DNA from: Eledone cirrhosa
Taxonomy: Eukaryota
Length of the DNA stretch: 64,000 nt
Assembly: GCA_964016885.1 (NCBI GenBank)
Contig: OZ024750.1
Coordinates: forward strand, 8,742,001 to 8,806,000
Direction of reading: 5' to 3'
The position numbers were made by a program, and so were the translations under genes. The notes beneath the pieces were generated by a model, which searched no databases, had not been told where the DNA came from, and worked only from the letters and a program-made list of their open reading frames with translations. The first letter of the stretch is position 1. Each line of letters opens with the position of its first letter. Positions 1-14,338 of this stretch are shown in pieces.

Positions 1-379
1 ATATACATTTTGGGGGACACCTACATCTATCTACTCCATACACACACTCGTATATATATACACATTCATATATATCTGATGAAGTGTTTAAGTATGAGGC
101 TCCTAGATTCGTTTTTATGGATCGTTTTTCTTCATATTTTGAACATTCAAATTGCTGTGGTTTGTGTCAATTTACTATAGATAAAAATATTGCGTCAACC
201 AAATGAAATAAACTTAAATAACTTCGGATTGAAAGAAAAGTATGTTTTAGACTTACTAACTTGAACCATAATTAGCTTTTGACTGATAGTGCATTTCTTT
301 GCAATTTCTGAAACAACCACTGTGACATTTTCCAGAGCTATATTGTCCACAATATAACATTTCCATAATTGAACAGTGT

Positions 380-1905
380 CGAAATTACATTTAATGAATA
401 GGAATAACTCACGTACAGTAAAGAGACATCTTATCAACAAACTACGGTGTTTCTACCGTCATGTAGTCACGGTTGTGCAAAGATTACAAATGCGACATAA
501 TGAAATAACAAGACATTATCTTGCAAAGGGAAGCGGCAATGTCGAAAGAGACCGAACTAACATTTCAAATAAGAAAGATAAAGGCAAAATTAAGTTATAA
601 GAACGTGTGGAAGGAGTAAAGGACAGGTCTGGCTGTATGGGAAAGTAGAGGAAAGGAGGTAAATCAAGGACTCTAGAGCCACAGAATAAAAGGATAGGGA
701 AGGGTAATGGCCAAGGGTGCGGTGGTGTTGGGGCTGCGCAAATTAAACAAGATTTTTTTTTCAGACGACTTTCAAAATATCAAACAATTGACATAGACTT
801 TGTGGGAAATAGAGGTGAGAAATGATCTAAATATGATGCATTTATTTGGTTAAATGAGAGATTTTAGGAACTATCAGAGAAACCATCCGTTCAGTTTATG
901 TTGAGGTTATTTTCTAAGTATTAAGAAGTTTCGACTTCATTTTGTGGGTGTCAAATTTAAATCTAATATTAGGAATTATTGATTTCTCCTAATAGCATAA
1001 TGACGAAAACGATTATCTAGTTCTCGAAGTAAATATAGTTCGTATGAATAATTTATTATCAATAAATCCTCAATATACACGGAAACAAGGTTGAATCATG
1101 TAGTTACTACAACAATAAACAACTGAACTGTTTTAGTATCATTCCACCACCAATTTATATTCGAACAAATTGAAAAGGTTCAAAAGGTGGAGTAATTGCA
1201 GTTTTATAAATGTAACTTCGTTCATTGGGTATTTGGTTGTAACCTCGAATAAGATCAATGTTTGAACTAAATTGGCTCCGGTTAATAAGGCAGAAAATTA
1301 TGTATGTGTGGAATAGGATGCTTGTCTAGAATAATATAAGGATTTCGCATACGATAATCGCTACGAAGACTCCAGTCGCCAAAATTTCTCGTAGAAATTA
1401 TGTGAAGAAGAGAAGATAAATTATTAGATGATGGACGAATTATACCTACATCCAAATAATTGTTGAACTCTTGTTTCGTTATGTTCAAACGTTCAGCAGC
1501 TAATGTACAGAGCTTAGAAAAATACAAGTCAACCATGCGGAATAGTTTAATGAATTACATTATGATACAAGTGTTGTTGTATAAGAATTACTTTAACTAT
1601 CTATACATAACCGAAGCAAAGCTCAGAATTTAACTTAACTTATCGTAATATGTCTGGCAAATATTCCTCGAATGAATGTCTTGAACATCTTATATAATTA
1701 CGCGACTATGGTGTTTTTAATGAAATCTCACAAAAAAGAAAAGTTGTGTTTTTCTTTAAATACCATCTAGCAATTCCAGTCGATAATATTCCTTAGGATT
1801 GTAAGAATAAAATAGTTTGTAGTTGACAAATCCATTAAGATTATCTAAAAGAAATAAGTCTCCGTAATGGAAACCGCTGAAATACTGGTGGTACTAAAAA
1901 TAACT
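380..1905 (-). mobile_element. Decayed Ty3/Gypsy LTR-retrotransposon pol (protease remnant, RT, possible RNase H)
   Basis: ORF 1282-1536 (EFNNYLDVGIIRPSSNNLSSLLHII..GDW..SDYR..N....DKHPIPHI) matches the Gypsy RT N-terminus. After a frameshift it reads SNIDLIRGYNQIP..KTAITPPF and VYIEDLLI (YxDD variant, ~1057-1080). Weak FLV-TS protease-like motif near 1890 and TVRELF (RNase H-like) near 410. Confidence 0.85.
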
Positions 1906-2474
1906 TTCAGCTTATAAGGACTCTGTTCTGTGTAAATTCTAAGATAGTAAGTTGTATTAAAGGTAAATGTAAATGATTAATTACTTTACTATTTATAGAT
2001 ATAAGAACTCGGGTAATGAGCAATAATATAACTAATGTGTTCCTTATTAGTTGGGTGTCACTAAATTATGAGGTGTCGGTGGACAGGAATTTATATACGG
2101 AATCAGCAGAATATATAGTGAATGGTTACAAAAGACAACTTAAACGCGAGAGTTTAAACGACAGTGTTAAACAAACAAGCAATGCATAACCTTTTTCTAA
2201 ATTACAATCCCTTTTACTTACATAACAAAATGCCAGCTTAATATCACTTCATAGAATAACAGAATTATTTAATTACAATGAAAACATTAATGAAGTCTGT
2301 GCATTTATTTTATGTAAGAATTAATGATACATAACTCTGTGATAGTTAAACAACACGAAAATGTCGTGTCTTAAAAGGAAAACGTATCAGGAGTTTGGTT
2401 GAATGCCTAGTGTATCAAACGAATTCGACTAGTGTATCAAACGAATTCGACTAATGTAGAATTTTGGAGTTCGA

Positions 2475-2740
2475 GGTTTATGCCATGCTGCCACGTGACT
2501 GAAACGTTCTGGAACGTTTTCTGGATGGAAAAGAGGTTGGATATAGCACCAGCAGGAGACCAAGGGGTAGACCCAAAGCAAGGGGGTTAGATAACATCCA
2601 TGAGCACGGTTGGTCTCACTTGGGGATCCAGCCAGATAAGTTGGAGACGGTTGATGGACTCCCTGGAAGGAGTGTTTGAGGACGCACCTTACAGGAATAT
2701 GTGGGCGAAGAAGAAAAAGAAGCTGAAGAAGAAGAAAAAG
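2475..2740 (+). mobile_element. RTE-clade LINE 3' fragment, family 1, (GAA)n tail
   Basis: Reads RPRGRPKARxLDNIHE..WSHLGIQPDKLETV, an RTE C-terminus, and ends in GAA repeats. Four more copies occur in the window. Confidence 0.75.
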
Positions 2741-3179
2741 ATCATAATACAATCACACACAAATGAACACATCAAAGAATACCCAGTTGAATCAGTTCCT
2801 ATCCAATAGAAACAAGGTTTTCAGAATACAACACAATAAATATTACGTTCAAGATATTTATTAATTAATTTCTTCCTTTCATTTACAATCTGCTTCATTC
2901 AATCTCAATTACTATCAAGATAGAGATGGCCATCCTCGTGGATGAGCCCGACAAGTTAAACTGGTTCATTCGGTACATTTTCCCTCTAGGGAAATATATT
3001 CACCATTTTGTCCGCCGGTATCATGAAACAACGATAGAATAGATACAATTGATAATCAAAATGGAGGATGTATTGCTTTTCTCAGTATCTTAATGTTACT
3101 TCTTAAACATTGTCCGCCTGTCTATCCGTGTGTCGGTATGTATGATAGGGTGTTTGCTTAACGATCATATAGTCGCGTG

Positions 3180-3855
3180 TGTTGTTGTTGTTGTTGTTGT
3201 TGTTGTTGACGTTAGTGTTGTTATTGTTCGTGTCTCTGTTACTATTGTTGTTGATTTCAATTATATTTATTGTGGTTATTGGTGGTGTTGTTGGTGGTGG
3301 TGGTGGTGGTGGTGGTGGTGGTTGTTGTTGTGGGTGGGTGGGTGGGTGGGGCGGGCGGGCGGGCGGGCGGGTGCTGGTATTGTCGATTTGAAAGTAGTTC
3401 CTGAATTGTTTTGGTTGTTGGTGTTGTTAGTAGTGGTGGTGGTGGTATTGTCTGTCGGTTTAAAAGTAGTTCCTGATTTTTTTTGGTTGTTGGTGGTGGT
3501 GTTGGTAATGATGGTGATGGTGTTGATGGTAGTGGTGATGGGGACGGTGATGGTGTTGGTGGTGTTGAAGGTAGTGGTGATGGGGACGGTGATGGTGTTG
3601 GTGGTGTTGAAGGTAGTGGTGGTGGTGGTGTTGAAGGTAGTGGTGATGGGGACGGTGATGGTGTTGGTGGTGTTGAAGGTAGTGGTGGTGGTGTTGAAGG
3701 TAGTGGTGCTAGTGGTGGTGGTGTTGAAGGTAGTGGTGGTGGTGTTGGTGGTGTTGAAGGAGAGTGGTGTTAGATGTTTTCAATACTGGAAAACCTTGTT
3801 GATGATTTGGTTGATATTACTTCTTCTGCTGCTGCTGTTGTTGTTGTTGTTGCTG
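3180..3855. repeat. GTT/GGT-rich low-complexity tract with 42-bp and ~72-bp internal repeats
   Basis: Unit gtagtggtgatggggacggtgatggtgttggtggtgttgaag is repeated; aaagtagttcctga occurs at ~3391 and ~3462. Confidence 0.9.
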
Positions 3856-4045
3856 TGCAGTGGCTGTTCCAGCGCGTCTCCCTCGCCGTCTACCGGGGTA
3901 ATGCATTCTCCATCTTGTCGGTCGGGACCCAGAGGAGGAGGGTCAGTTAGTTGGCAATGGAGGATACTCGTTCGGATGTCACTTTCACACATGTATTTAG
4001 CGCCTTTCTTTTTTTAATGTTTTATACAAAGAAATACTGTATTTA

Positions 4046-4966
4046 TCTATATATATAAAACTGAGGATGTGTGAGTTCGAATCCCTAAAACTCGAGAACC
4101 ACCCAACCGACTGTTTTCAAACTTCACACATGTAATACTTGTTTCAGGGAGTGTTCTGAGCAAAAGTAAATTCAAATTTTCAATGCCCTAGAGACCGCAT
4201 TAGGCGATTTAGCGATCTCTCTCTATAATTCTTAGTCTTTCTCTTTTTAGATAGATACATACATATAACGTCGCGCCCTTATAATATCTGTCTGTATGTC
4301 TGGCTGTCTGCATTAGGTCACTTCCCTGAGGGTGTCTCTGTGAGCGTGCGTGTGTGTGCGTGTGTGAGTTTGAATCCTTAAAACTCTAGAAGTTCCCAAC
4401 CGATGTTTTTCAAACTTTACATGTGTATTACTTATGTTTCAGGGAGTATTATGCACATAAAACAATTCAACTTTATTTTATCCCTAGGGCCCGCATTAGG
4501 TGAAAAACTGCGTTTTTAAAGATTTTTAGGGGTTTTTTGAGGCGTTACGTCAGACCGATTTCCTTGAAATTGTAACTATGTATTAGTCAGTCTCTTCTTC
4601 ATACCATAAGCAAAGAAAATCCAACTTTCTTATGGCCTAGGGCCCGCATTAGGTGAAAAACTTCATTTTTTTTCAGCTTCTTAGGGCTTTTTGGAGGCGT
4701 TACATCGTGCCGATTTTCCCGAAATTTCAAGGCAAATTATGCACATGAAAAAGATTCATTTTCTTGATACCCTAGGGCCCGCATTAGGTGAAAACCTGCA
4801 TTTTCCTGCTTCATCGAGGAAAATCTTAAAGATTATCCAGCTATCAGAGTATTCGGTTTATTTTCTTTACATATTATCCAGGCATGCAGTTTTTCCACGA
4901 TTAGGTCTGTTGGCGGCCCGCGTTCCAAAATACCTTATCCCGTGCAACGCCGGATACCACTGCTAG
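4046..4966 (+). mobile_element. Non-autonomous Helitron
   Basis: Begins TCTATATATATAAAA after a host A and ends ccgtgcaacgccgg...CTAG before a host T (A|T target, no TSD). Internal ~145-bp repeats carry cctagggcccgcattaggtgaaaa. Confidence 0.85.
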
Positions 4967-6980
4967 TACTTTATAAAAAATATTCTGTATACAAAAGTTA
5001 CATCATAGGAAACTTTTTCAGTTGCAATATTTTGCTAATGTAATGATTTGCGTGTGATATTTATTAAATTAGTATATCATAGGTGTAAACTAATCTATAT
5101 AATATATATTGTCATTCAACAAATCTATTCATTTCACAAGCTGGACAAGTTATGGGGTTGCTTGACCCTTTAGAAATGGTAGCTAATCTTCCCCAGATCG
5201 AGAAAATGTTTTTTTATAATATCCTAGAGATATTTCCATAAATTCCGTACAAAATAAGAAGACCATATGTAAAAACGTACATTCTTTTAAACACTGGAAA
5301 AGAGATAGGAGAATTTAATAAATCTCTATCATCTGGGTCTGTTAAAAACATAAATATACACCCTAAAATACAATGCCTGAATGATAAATATACACGTTGA
5401 ATGTATTGACATAGAAATATTTCAAAGTTAAATATTTAAAATTTTGTTGAGAAGGTAATAAACAACTTTCCTCAATTTCGACACATTTTGTAATTTTATC
5501 TAAGGGTGTCTACATCGTGGGCGACAAATGATCGCCACACTTGTAGGAGTATAAGTTTTAAACCGTTTGGGGTAATTATCTGACAAGCTAAATTGTTTTA
5601 GATCATTTCTCGGAAAATTAAAACACACAAGAGAGGTATGTTGAAAAGGGGTTTGTGTATCTTTGTCTTCGGAATTGGCAAGAAGAATAACATGACTCTG
5701 TTGTCCCAAGAGTGCATCGGATAGTTTCTTCCACTCGTAAATGAACAGCATGACTATTTACTGCAAAATATGCCAACCGAGACACTTTACTGCAAACAGA
5801 GAAAATTGACAATTTTATAATTGAAAATATTCTATATTTGTTTTGCAAGATTCTTCATATAAAATTGTGTAGTACTAGATATTGCTGTACATTGGCAAAG
5901 CCCACACTCTCAAAAGGCGTAGCTTGTATTTACTCACCACTTCTCATTTAGATAACTAGCTCATTAACCAGTTGTTTAAGTAAGTGTGGAAAGCATGAAG
6001 TATGAACAAGCAGGAAAATACGTGGGTACATAATAGTCGATAATGGTACAGGCTGAAGACGAAAACACTTTGATTTACCAATAAAATATGGTGAATAAAA
6101 CTGAAGCTAAAAACCTCTGGTAGCTATGACCTTGCCAGTAAACAACAATAAGAGAGGCCAAATTGGTTTATTACAGGCTTTTCCCACTATTTTTTGTAGT
6201 TTTAGTTCCCCTTTTTGTACCATACACATTCGTCATACCAGGTACCTAGGTTTTGACTTATTCCTCTGTCGTCTGTCACTTGGAATAGCTTGGTTGGCTA
6301 CAATATACATAACTATTCCAGCTACTCTCCACGTTCGCATGGAGAAACACTGGTGTTTCTTTGATTTGAATCTCATTTTGGAAGAAGCAACTACATCATC
6401 CAACAGCTAAACTATTGCGTGTGTTTCTTCGTCATTTGGAAAAAAATAGGTGATCTTAAGAAACATATGAGGCGTATCTCGGCATATGAGAAACGCGGGT
6501 TAGAGAAGCTCTAGAGAGACCTCAACGCAAGATAGCTTATTCAACAAAAGAGAAACAAGGTAATAGACAGAAGAGGACCTCAGATTGTTTCTTCAGTGAC
6601 CCCATCCATTTTGCCGGGAAAACATATGTTTAAGACGTTCGCGTGGAACCTACGTGGCACCACAGGCTCGAATTGACCACCATCTTGTGAATAAAATGTG
6701 GTAGAACTCTGCAGCAGGGCGCACTATATATATATACTGTATATATATATATGAGAGAGAGAGAGAGTTGGGCCTCGGCTTTCTCTAATATAGTTACGCT
6801 CTACTATCCCATGTATCCAGTGTTCTGCTGAATACTGGTCTTACTGGTTTAAAACTGGTAAAATCTCGATCTCTCTTTCTCTCTCTCCCTCTATCTCTAT
6901 ATATATATACATTTATTTATTTATTTATTTTATTTATTTATTTATTTATTTATTTTATAAAGAAAGAAAATACTCAAGGG

Positions 6981-7110
6981 CAGAATTGCTATAAAAATAG
7001 CTTATATAAAATATAGTGAATACCCTTAAAAGACGCAACAAGCAACTTCTTTCCCCGTCTTTTAAGGTTATTCACCTTATTTTATATAAACTCCCCTTTT
7101 AGCACTTCTG
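6981..7110. repeat. Imperfect hairpin, ~55-bp arms, 20-nt loop
   Basis: Arms 6981-7035 and 7056-7110. Preceded by tactcaa as in the other pLTR-like fold-backs and flanked by microsatellites. Confidence 0.8.
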
Positions 7111-7171
7111 TGTGTGTATATATGCATAGGTATGCGTTTATGCATCTGTGTTTCTATGCTTATATTTCATA

Positions 7172-7320
7172 ACATTAGCGGTTCAACAATAGATTCATGA
7201 AATAACTACCAAACCTGAAACTAAAAAAAAAAAATAAGTATCGATGCCGATATGATCGACTACATTCCAATAGGTGTCCCAGCATGGCTAATAACTGAAT
7301 GAGTGAAACCAGGAAAGGAA
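7172..7320 (+). mobile_element. SINE 3' fragment (octopus-type)
   Basis: ttagcggttc...aataagta..gatcgact..ccagcatggc..tgaaac resembles a recalled abundant cephalopod SINE tail. Confidence 0.5.
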
Positions 7321-7486
7321 TTACAATCTAAAGAGTGTGATAGTATGAGAGGAAGAATTAGTTGGTGTATTATATACTTTCACTACAGTCCAAACTGTCG
7401 CTCCTTTATAACAGATAGGAAAACATTCTTCTACTGTTGATCATTCTACAGCGGCTCTTACCTCTTACTCTCTTTCTATTACACTT

Positions 7487-7885
7487 TCTCTCTCTTTCCC
7501 TCGCTCTCTTTCTCTCTCGCTCTCTTTCTCTCGCTCTTTTTCTCTCGCTCTCTTTCTCTCGCTCTCTTTCTCTCGCTCTCTTTCTCTCGCCCTCTTTCTC
7601 TCGCCCTCTTTCTCTCGCTCTCTTTCTCTCGCTCTCTTTCTCTCGCTCTCTTTCTCTCGCCCTCTTTCTCTCGCCCTCTTTCTCTCGCTCTCTTTCTCTC
7701 GCTCTCTTTCTCTCGCTCTCTTTCTTTCGCCCTCTTTCTCTCGCCCTCTTTCTCTCGCTCTGTTTCTCTCGCCCTCTTTCTCTCGCTCTCTTTCTCTCGC
7801 TCTCTTTCTCTCGCTCTCTTTCTCTCGCTCTCTTTCTCTCGCTCTCTTTCTCTCGCCCTCTTTCCCTCGCTCTCTTTCTCTCGCT
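7487..7885. repeat. 14-bp minisatellite (tctctttctctcgc)n
   Basis: Roughly 28 near-identical tandem units; source of the spurious RE- and SL-rich ORFs. Confidence 0.95.
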
Positions 7886-8219
7886 CTTCCTTTCTTTCCC
7901 TCTCTCTCCTCCTCTCTCTCTCACATTCATTACTTCAGGTTTGTCTCTCTCTCTCTCTCTCAGTCATTTACTATCGCTGTAGTAATCACTCTGTCTATTT
8001 TAGTTTCTCGATGTTGTGCAGGCTTATACAGTCTCTCTCACACACACACACACAGAGAGAGGTAAGCACATGGAGACACACACACACACGAAAGATATAT
8101 ATATAGCTATATGTGTGTGTATGTGTGCCTGTGTGTATGTGTATGTATGTGTGCATATACATATATATATAGATAGATGAGATGTTAATAAGGCAAATAG
8201 TATCATTTCTACTTAATTC

Positions 8220-8257
<38 letters not shown>

Positions 8258-8379
8258 GTAAACATACTCTGTCAGTTTCTCCCTTTCTCCCCTGTTTTTA
8301 ATCTATCTGTCAATCAGGTTTGTCTATCTTTCTACACTCTTCTGTCACACCTCTCTAACACAAGCATCTAACTTAATTT

Positions 8380-8810
8380 CTCTCTCTCTATCTCTATCTC
8401 TATCTATCTCTCTCTATCTCGTCATCTCCCTCCATCTCTCCCTCCCCGTCTCTCCCTCTTCTCTCTCTCTCTTTCTTGTCATCTCCATCTCTCTCTCCCA
8501 CTGTCTCTCTCCTTCTCTCTCCCTCCGCACTCCCACTCTCTCTCTCCTTCTCTCTCCCTCCGCACTCCCCTCTCTCTCTTCCTCTCTCTCTCTCCCTCTC
8601 TCTCTCCCTCCATCTCTCCCCTTCCTCTCTCTCTCTCTCCCTCTCCCTCTCTCTCTCTCCCTCTCTCTCTCCCTCCATCTCTCTCCCTCCATCTCTCTCC
8701 ATCTCTCCCCTTCCTCTCTCTCTCTCTCTATCTTCTCCCTCACCCTCTCTCTCTATCTTCTCACTCCCCTTCTCTCTCTATCTTCTCATCTCCCCCTCTC
8801 TCTCCCCCTT
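8380..8810. repeat. Polypyrimidine (CT/CCT) low-complexity tract
   Basis: Direct inspection. Confidence 0.9.
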
Positions 8811-9234
8811 TACTTCTATCATCCTTTACTATCATCATATCAGTTCATGATTATTTTCCTCTCCCATCATTTACTAACTGCTGTCGACAGCCAGAGTCCA
8901 TGCCGTGTGTTGAACGTGTAACAAAAGTCAAGCACGTGCGATAGATATGGAGGACTAACAACAACAACAACAACAATATATATCAACGTATATTGCTAGA
9001 CTGGAATTCGAAGAGAAAAAAAAAAAGAAAAAAAAAACAACAAAAAGAAAGGAAAATATATATACAAAAAAAAAAAGACACAAAGAAATATTATTATTAT
9101 TTATTGTAAATCATTTTCTCGACAATATATGTTTATATACATCACATATGTATGTATAATGGCGTCAATTGTAGAATATATTTCTTACTGCAGTTTAACA
9201 ATTTAAAATATGCAATAAAATAATAGACAACATA

Positions 9235-9560
9235 ACACCAGCATCATCATCATCATTACGACAACTAGCTGCTGCCGCAGTTAACAGCTACAACAACAAT
9301 AAGAATAATAGCAGAGATAAATACATCATTATCATCATCATCGTCACAACTAGCAGCAGCAACAACAACAACAATAAGAATAATAGCAGATACAGATAAA
9401 TACATCATCATCATCATCATCACAACTAGCTGCTACCACAGCAACAACAACAAACAGCAGCAACAACAATAACAATAATAGCAGATAACTACATCATCAT
9501 CATCATCATCACAACTAGTTGCTGCCGCAGTCACACCAGTAACAGCAACAACTACAACAA
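9235..9560. repeat. Compound (ATC)/(AAC)/(AGC) repeat with reiterated acaactagc and agataaatac modules
   Basis: About four degenerate higher-order units. Confidence 0.85.
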
Positions 9561-9774
9561 TAATACCAGGCTGTCCACCATGTGTTTAGCATGTGTTTCA
9601 TTATCACTATGACTACACATGGAGAGTGACGTAGACAAATTAAATGAAAAGTAATTAAAACACACACACATATACACATGTACACATATACACACATACA
9701 TACACAAACGGGTGCAGGCACACACAGTTGTGTATATATATACACACACGCACGTATATACTTATATACATTTC

Positions 9775-10014
9775 TTACGTACGTACACCCGACCACACAG
9801 ACACACACACATACAGTAACACACGCACACACATAGAGTAAAACACGCACACACATAGAGTAACACACGCACACAGAGTAACACACGCACACACATACAC
9901 AGACACACGTACACCCGACCACACAGACACACACACATACAGTAACACACGCACACACATAGAGTAAAACACGCATACACATAGAGTAACACACGCACAC
10001 ACATACACAGACAC

Positions 10015-10016
<2 letters not shown>
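9775..10016. repeat. CA-rich ~128-bp tandem duplication
   Basis: acgtacacccgaccacacagacac occurs at ~9781 and ~9907. Confidence 0.85.
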
Positions 10017-10049
<33 letters not shown>

Positions 10050-10332
10050 ATTAAAGATCAGGAACAAAAAGTTGAAAACCTTCGGATTCTATTACTCTGA
10101 TTGATGAAATATGGAAACGACCCAATATATTCAATAATTAAATCAAAAGTGCAAGTGATTGGTTTTGTGCACATAAAATATATCCTTATAATTATTATAT
10201 TTAAAATAAGGACATTGAGATAAAAGGAGGATTTGGGCCCAGGATTAAATCTTTTTGTGTTTCTGAGTTAAAATTATATCAGGATTGTTGAGGAATTTCT
10301 TACTCGGAATCGATTAATCAGTAAACTTTTTC

Positions 10333-10374
<42 letters not shown>

Positions 10375-10937
10375 TATCCAGTGGTTGATTAGAATATACA
10401 TTATTAAAACTATATTGAGATTGTTCAATAATTTCTAACTTGAAATCGATTATTCAAAATAAAAAAAAAATTGACTAGAATATCTATCATCACTGCAAGA
10501 ATTAAGCATTAGGTATAAGGCAAAAGAAAAAAAATGTATATAAAAAGTTTGCTAAAATATTCAGTGATTGGTTATAATAAACATCACCTGTATAAGAAGG
10601 TATTTAGTTAAAAGTAATCAACCTTACTATCATAATTAACCTCGCTAGCATCATAAGTATCATTTATGTTAAGAAATCACAATCATCGTCCCCTTTTTAC
10701 TTTAACCTTACTATAGTCACGAGCTCATATATTCAGTCATCATAAAGGGACCATGTTCTTATTTGCAAACAAACCAAAACCAGGTAACAACAAATATAAT
10801 AACACCTTACTGCTTAGATTTTACTTCCAGTAGCCAGAACAGAAACAAAAGAAAACTTTTTTTTTTGGTACTACTTAGACGAATGTATGAAGTAAAAAAC
10901 TAAATCACACACTCATATACGTATATACGTATAACCT

Positions 10938-11025
<88 letters not shown>

Positions 11026-11395
11026 TATATGTATGTGTAAGTATTTGGAGGTGTTTGTATCAATAACTAATCAATGCTGATATCAATTTAATCAATTTTC
11101 CCTCACTTCCCAAAAAATTACTGGCATTGAGCTAAAATTAGAAATCACTACAATTATTAGTTGTAGGATTATTATTATATAAGCTATCTTTGTGGCATTT
11201 CAGCGTTTGGGCACTTTCTTTCTTTCTTCTTATTATTATTATAATAAGTTAAGGTACTTTTCCAACTATATCAAGCGATGAACTAATATAAAGTCCCCGT
11301 ATTCGATTCTTCTGTTTTGATTTCATTGTTGACGTTTCTTACACGTACATATATATACATTTACTAACACAGCATACACACAACGCACATACACA

Positions 11396-11523
<128 letters not shown>

Positions 11524-12396
11524 CACTGATACATGAGCAACAGTTATCTAGTTATTTCAACGCATTTGCCAAAAAATATTAAATTAAGAATACATTTATA
11601 TCATGAACGATACACGTGTTAGTTTATTTCCAAAATTACTAAAGTAGAAATGAATATTTAGATACTCATACTTATTTCTAACGGCATAGGTTGAAATCTT
11701 TCCAATATATATATAAACTCGGCCCATACACACACACACATACATACATACATGCCAGAAATAGTGAAGATAAATTTATATAAGTTTATTCCTATGAGAT
11801 GTCACATTAACGAGGCAATATCCGTCGGCCATATACCGGTATTAATTTAATCAACGTCCCCACCACACGCACACAACACTAACTGTTTGGCTCTATGCCC
11901 AAGTTGGGAATTATTAATATCAATGTAATTATTTAATAATATTATTATTAGTGTTGTTGCTGTTATATTTCGAGTATTAGTATACTATTTGAATTTGTTT
12001 TCAATATGCTGGACGTCTACAGATTGTAGGTGTCTGTATTTCAGTTTCAAGACAACACTTAAAACCTAACGCGCGCGCACACACGCATTCACACACTCAC
12101 TCACAAATATATATATATATATATAAAGTTTGTTGTTTAATTTAGTGTTTGAATAAAGATATATATATATAATACATTAACAGAGAAAGCTTTAAGCGAT
12201 ACTCTGACCAACTCCATCACACTCAACAAACATTAGGATATACCTAAGTATATTCCCAATTTAGTGTTTGGGGTGCTAACTAATCAGTATTTCGTGGATA
12301 GCTAGTTGTATTATTTTACATGAGACATAATTAAATAAATATCTCTTTCCAATATATATATATAAACTTGGCCCATACCCCCCCCCCCCTCCCACC

Positions 12397-12447
<51 letters not shown>

Positions 12448-13081
12448 TTAGCCTTTGAATAAATATATGTGTATATATACATATATATATAATATATATA
12501 TTCAGGATTTGTTTTAAGCACGCAACCTCTGAATTTCGTGTCACTGGTATGTGTTCGAAATTATAAATAATAAACAAATATAAAAATATGTGTGCGTGTG
12601 TACATATATATACAATGTATGGTTTTAATGAATATGTTTGCTGTCCTTTTAAGTTGTCGCTACCTTTTTGAAAACTGGCATTAAATCAATATATAAACAT
12701 TAGATACGTGGTTTTTGCATCAATTTAAAGAAAACTTCTACATAAGACAATTACTTGCCTAGACAAATAATCTTGGGAATTTGTTTTATAAATTATATAT
12801 CTAAAACATTTGTCATGAGATAAGTTTCATAAGATATTGTTATATTAGAAAACTATACAATAAATATCAAAATATTGTTCCACTAATTATTTGAACACAA
12901 CAATACGGATGAATCTAAGTGATAACAGTTTTAATGAGAGTAACACCGAGAAAACTATGAATCTATGAATTAGTGAACTAATTATATCATATTATTATTA
13001 TACCATATAATTATATATAATTATCCTTTTGTAACATTTTAGTATACCAAGTTTGTCTATTATACACACAGAAACACGCTT

Positions 13082-13241
<160 letters not shown>

Positions 13242-13308
13242 GTAAGCTCTAATAACAATATAATAATTAGCATTTCATAATTTTCTGTCTTTAATGTAAA
13301 TTATTGCT

Positions 13309-13340
<32 letters not shown>

Positions 13341-14144
13341 GTATACTATAATAAACGACAAAACTGTGAAAATATGAAATGCTGTTCCATTTATGTGAAG
13401 GAGTTGTACAACTGCATCATTTATTGCCTGGAAAGTTTACTTTCGTTCCATATTATTGATTTTTCACTGAAACAATTCACTTCACCAATTGCAGTTTTTC
13501 TGTGCTAATAATTATTATCACAACTTCAATATTAAGGTTTATTTCATGAAGCTATTTATTATGTTTCGATAAACAGAAGAGGGACATCGTATTAAATCCG
13601 TATTTGATTTTCAAAAAAAAAAAAAATTGTTTTTCTAAAGGTTTTTTTTTATAAATACTTAACTTTTCTTTAAATCTTCTTTGTAAATAATCCATAAATA
13701 TAATTAATTGTATCATACAAACACCTCTCTGTCACATTGATTTATGATATATTTTATTTATAGAAGTTGAATTTAGAAAGTCTATATTATTGGAATTTGT
13801 TCTTATTAAGAATACAAAATTCTATAAAAACTGTATACCAATATTCAAATATTTGTAAATACATTACAACAATAAAAATAGCATAAATTAACTTCTAACA
13901 AACGCACTCACAGACATACGCACATATACACGCACACTCACATGCGCGCGCGCACATAGAAACTATTTTATTGGGTTTTAATGCATAATCACTTCACGAT
14001 CGATATAAAACGAACAGAACCTAGTCAAAAGTTTGAAAGCATCTTATTATTATTTGACGCTCGTAAAACTACAACTGTTGATATTGTTTGAAACTAACGA
14101 AATATTGAATGTCTTGGTAACGAAAACGTTTCTTAGTTTGTTCG

Positions 14145-14186
14145 TATTTTTTTTTCTTTTTTCTTTCTTTTAATCTCTGCTGTTAG
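14145..14186 (+). promoter_or_regulatory. Probable 3' splice acceptor of the exon holding the GPCR start codon
   Basis: Long T/C tract ending ctgttAG about 150 nt upstream of ATG 14339. Confidence 0.55.
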
Positions 14187-14338
14187 AATGAAGTTACTAT
14201 ACAAAGCTTCTGCTAGGTATGAAAAGTCAATAGAAAGAGATTTTTTTGTTTGTCATACTTTTCGACACTTCACAATAGACATTTGAGCATTACCTGAAAT
14301 CACGGAGCAAATTATATAGTGAAGTATCTTAGATAAAA

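Noticed and set aside
76-110. CTGATGA next to a TA run as a hammerhead (also ctgattgatga..gaaac near 10097)
   Set aside because: No convincing stem II with a correctly spaced GAAA and cleavage triplet.
2407-2453. 22-bp tandem duplication ctagtgtatcaaacgaattcga
   Set aside because: Simple local duplication beside an RTE fragment; no further structure.
3130-4017. 295-aa Val-rich plus-strand ORF
   Set aside because: GTG/GTT low complexity, non-ATG start, no domain.
7406-8850. RE-, SL- and similar repeat-rich ORFs
   Set aside because: Products of CT/GA mini- and microsatellites.
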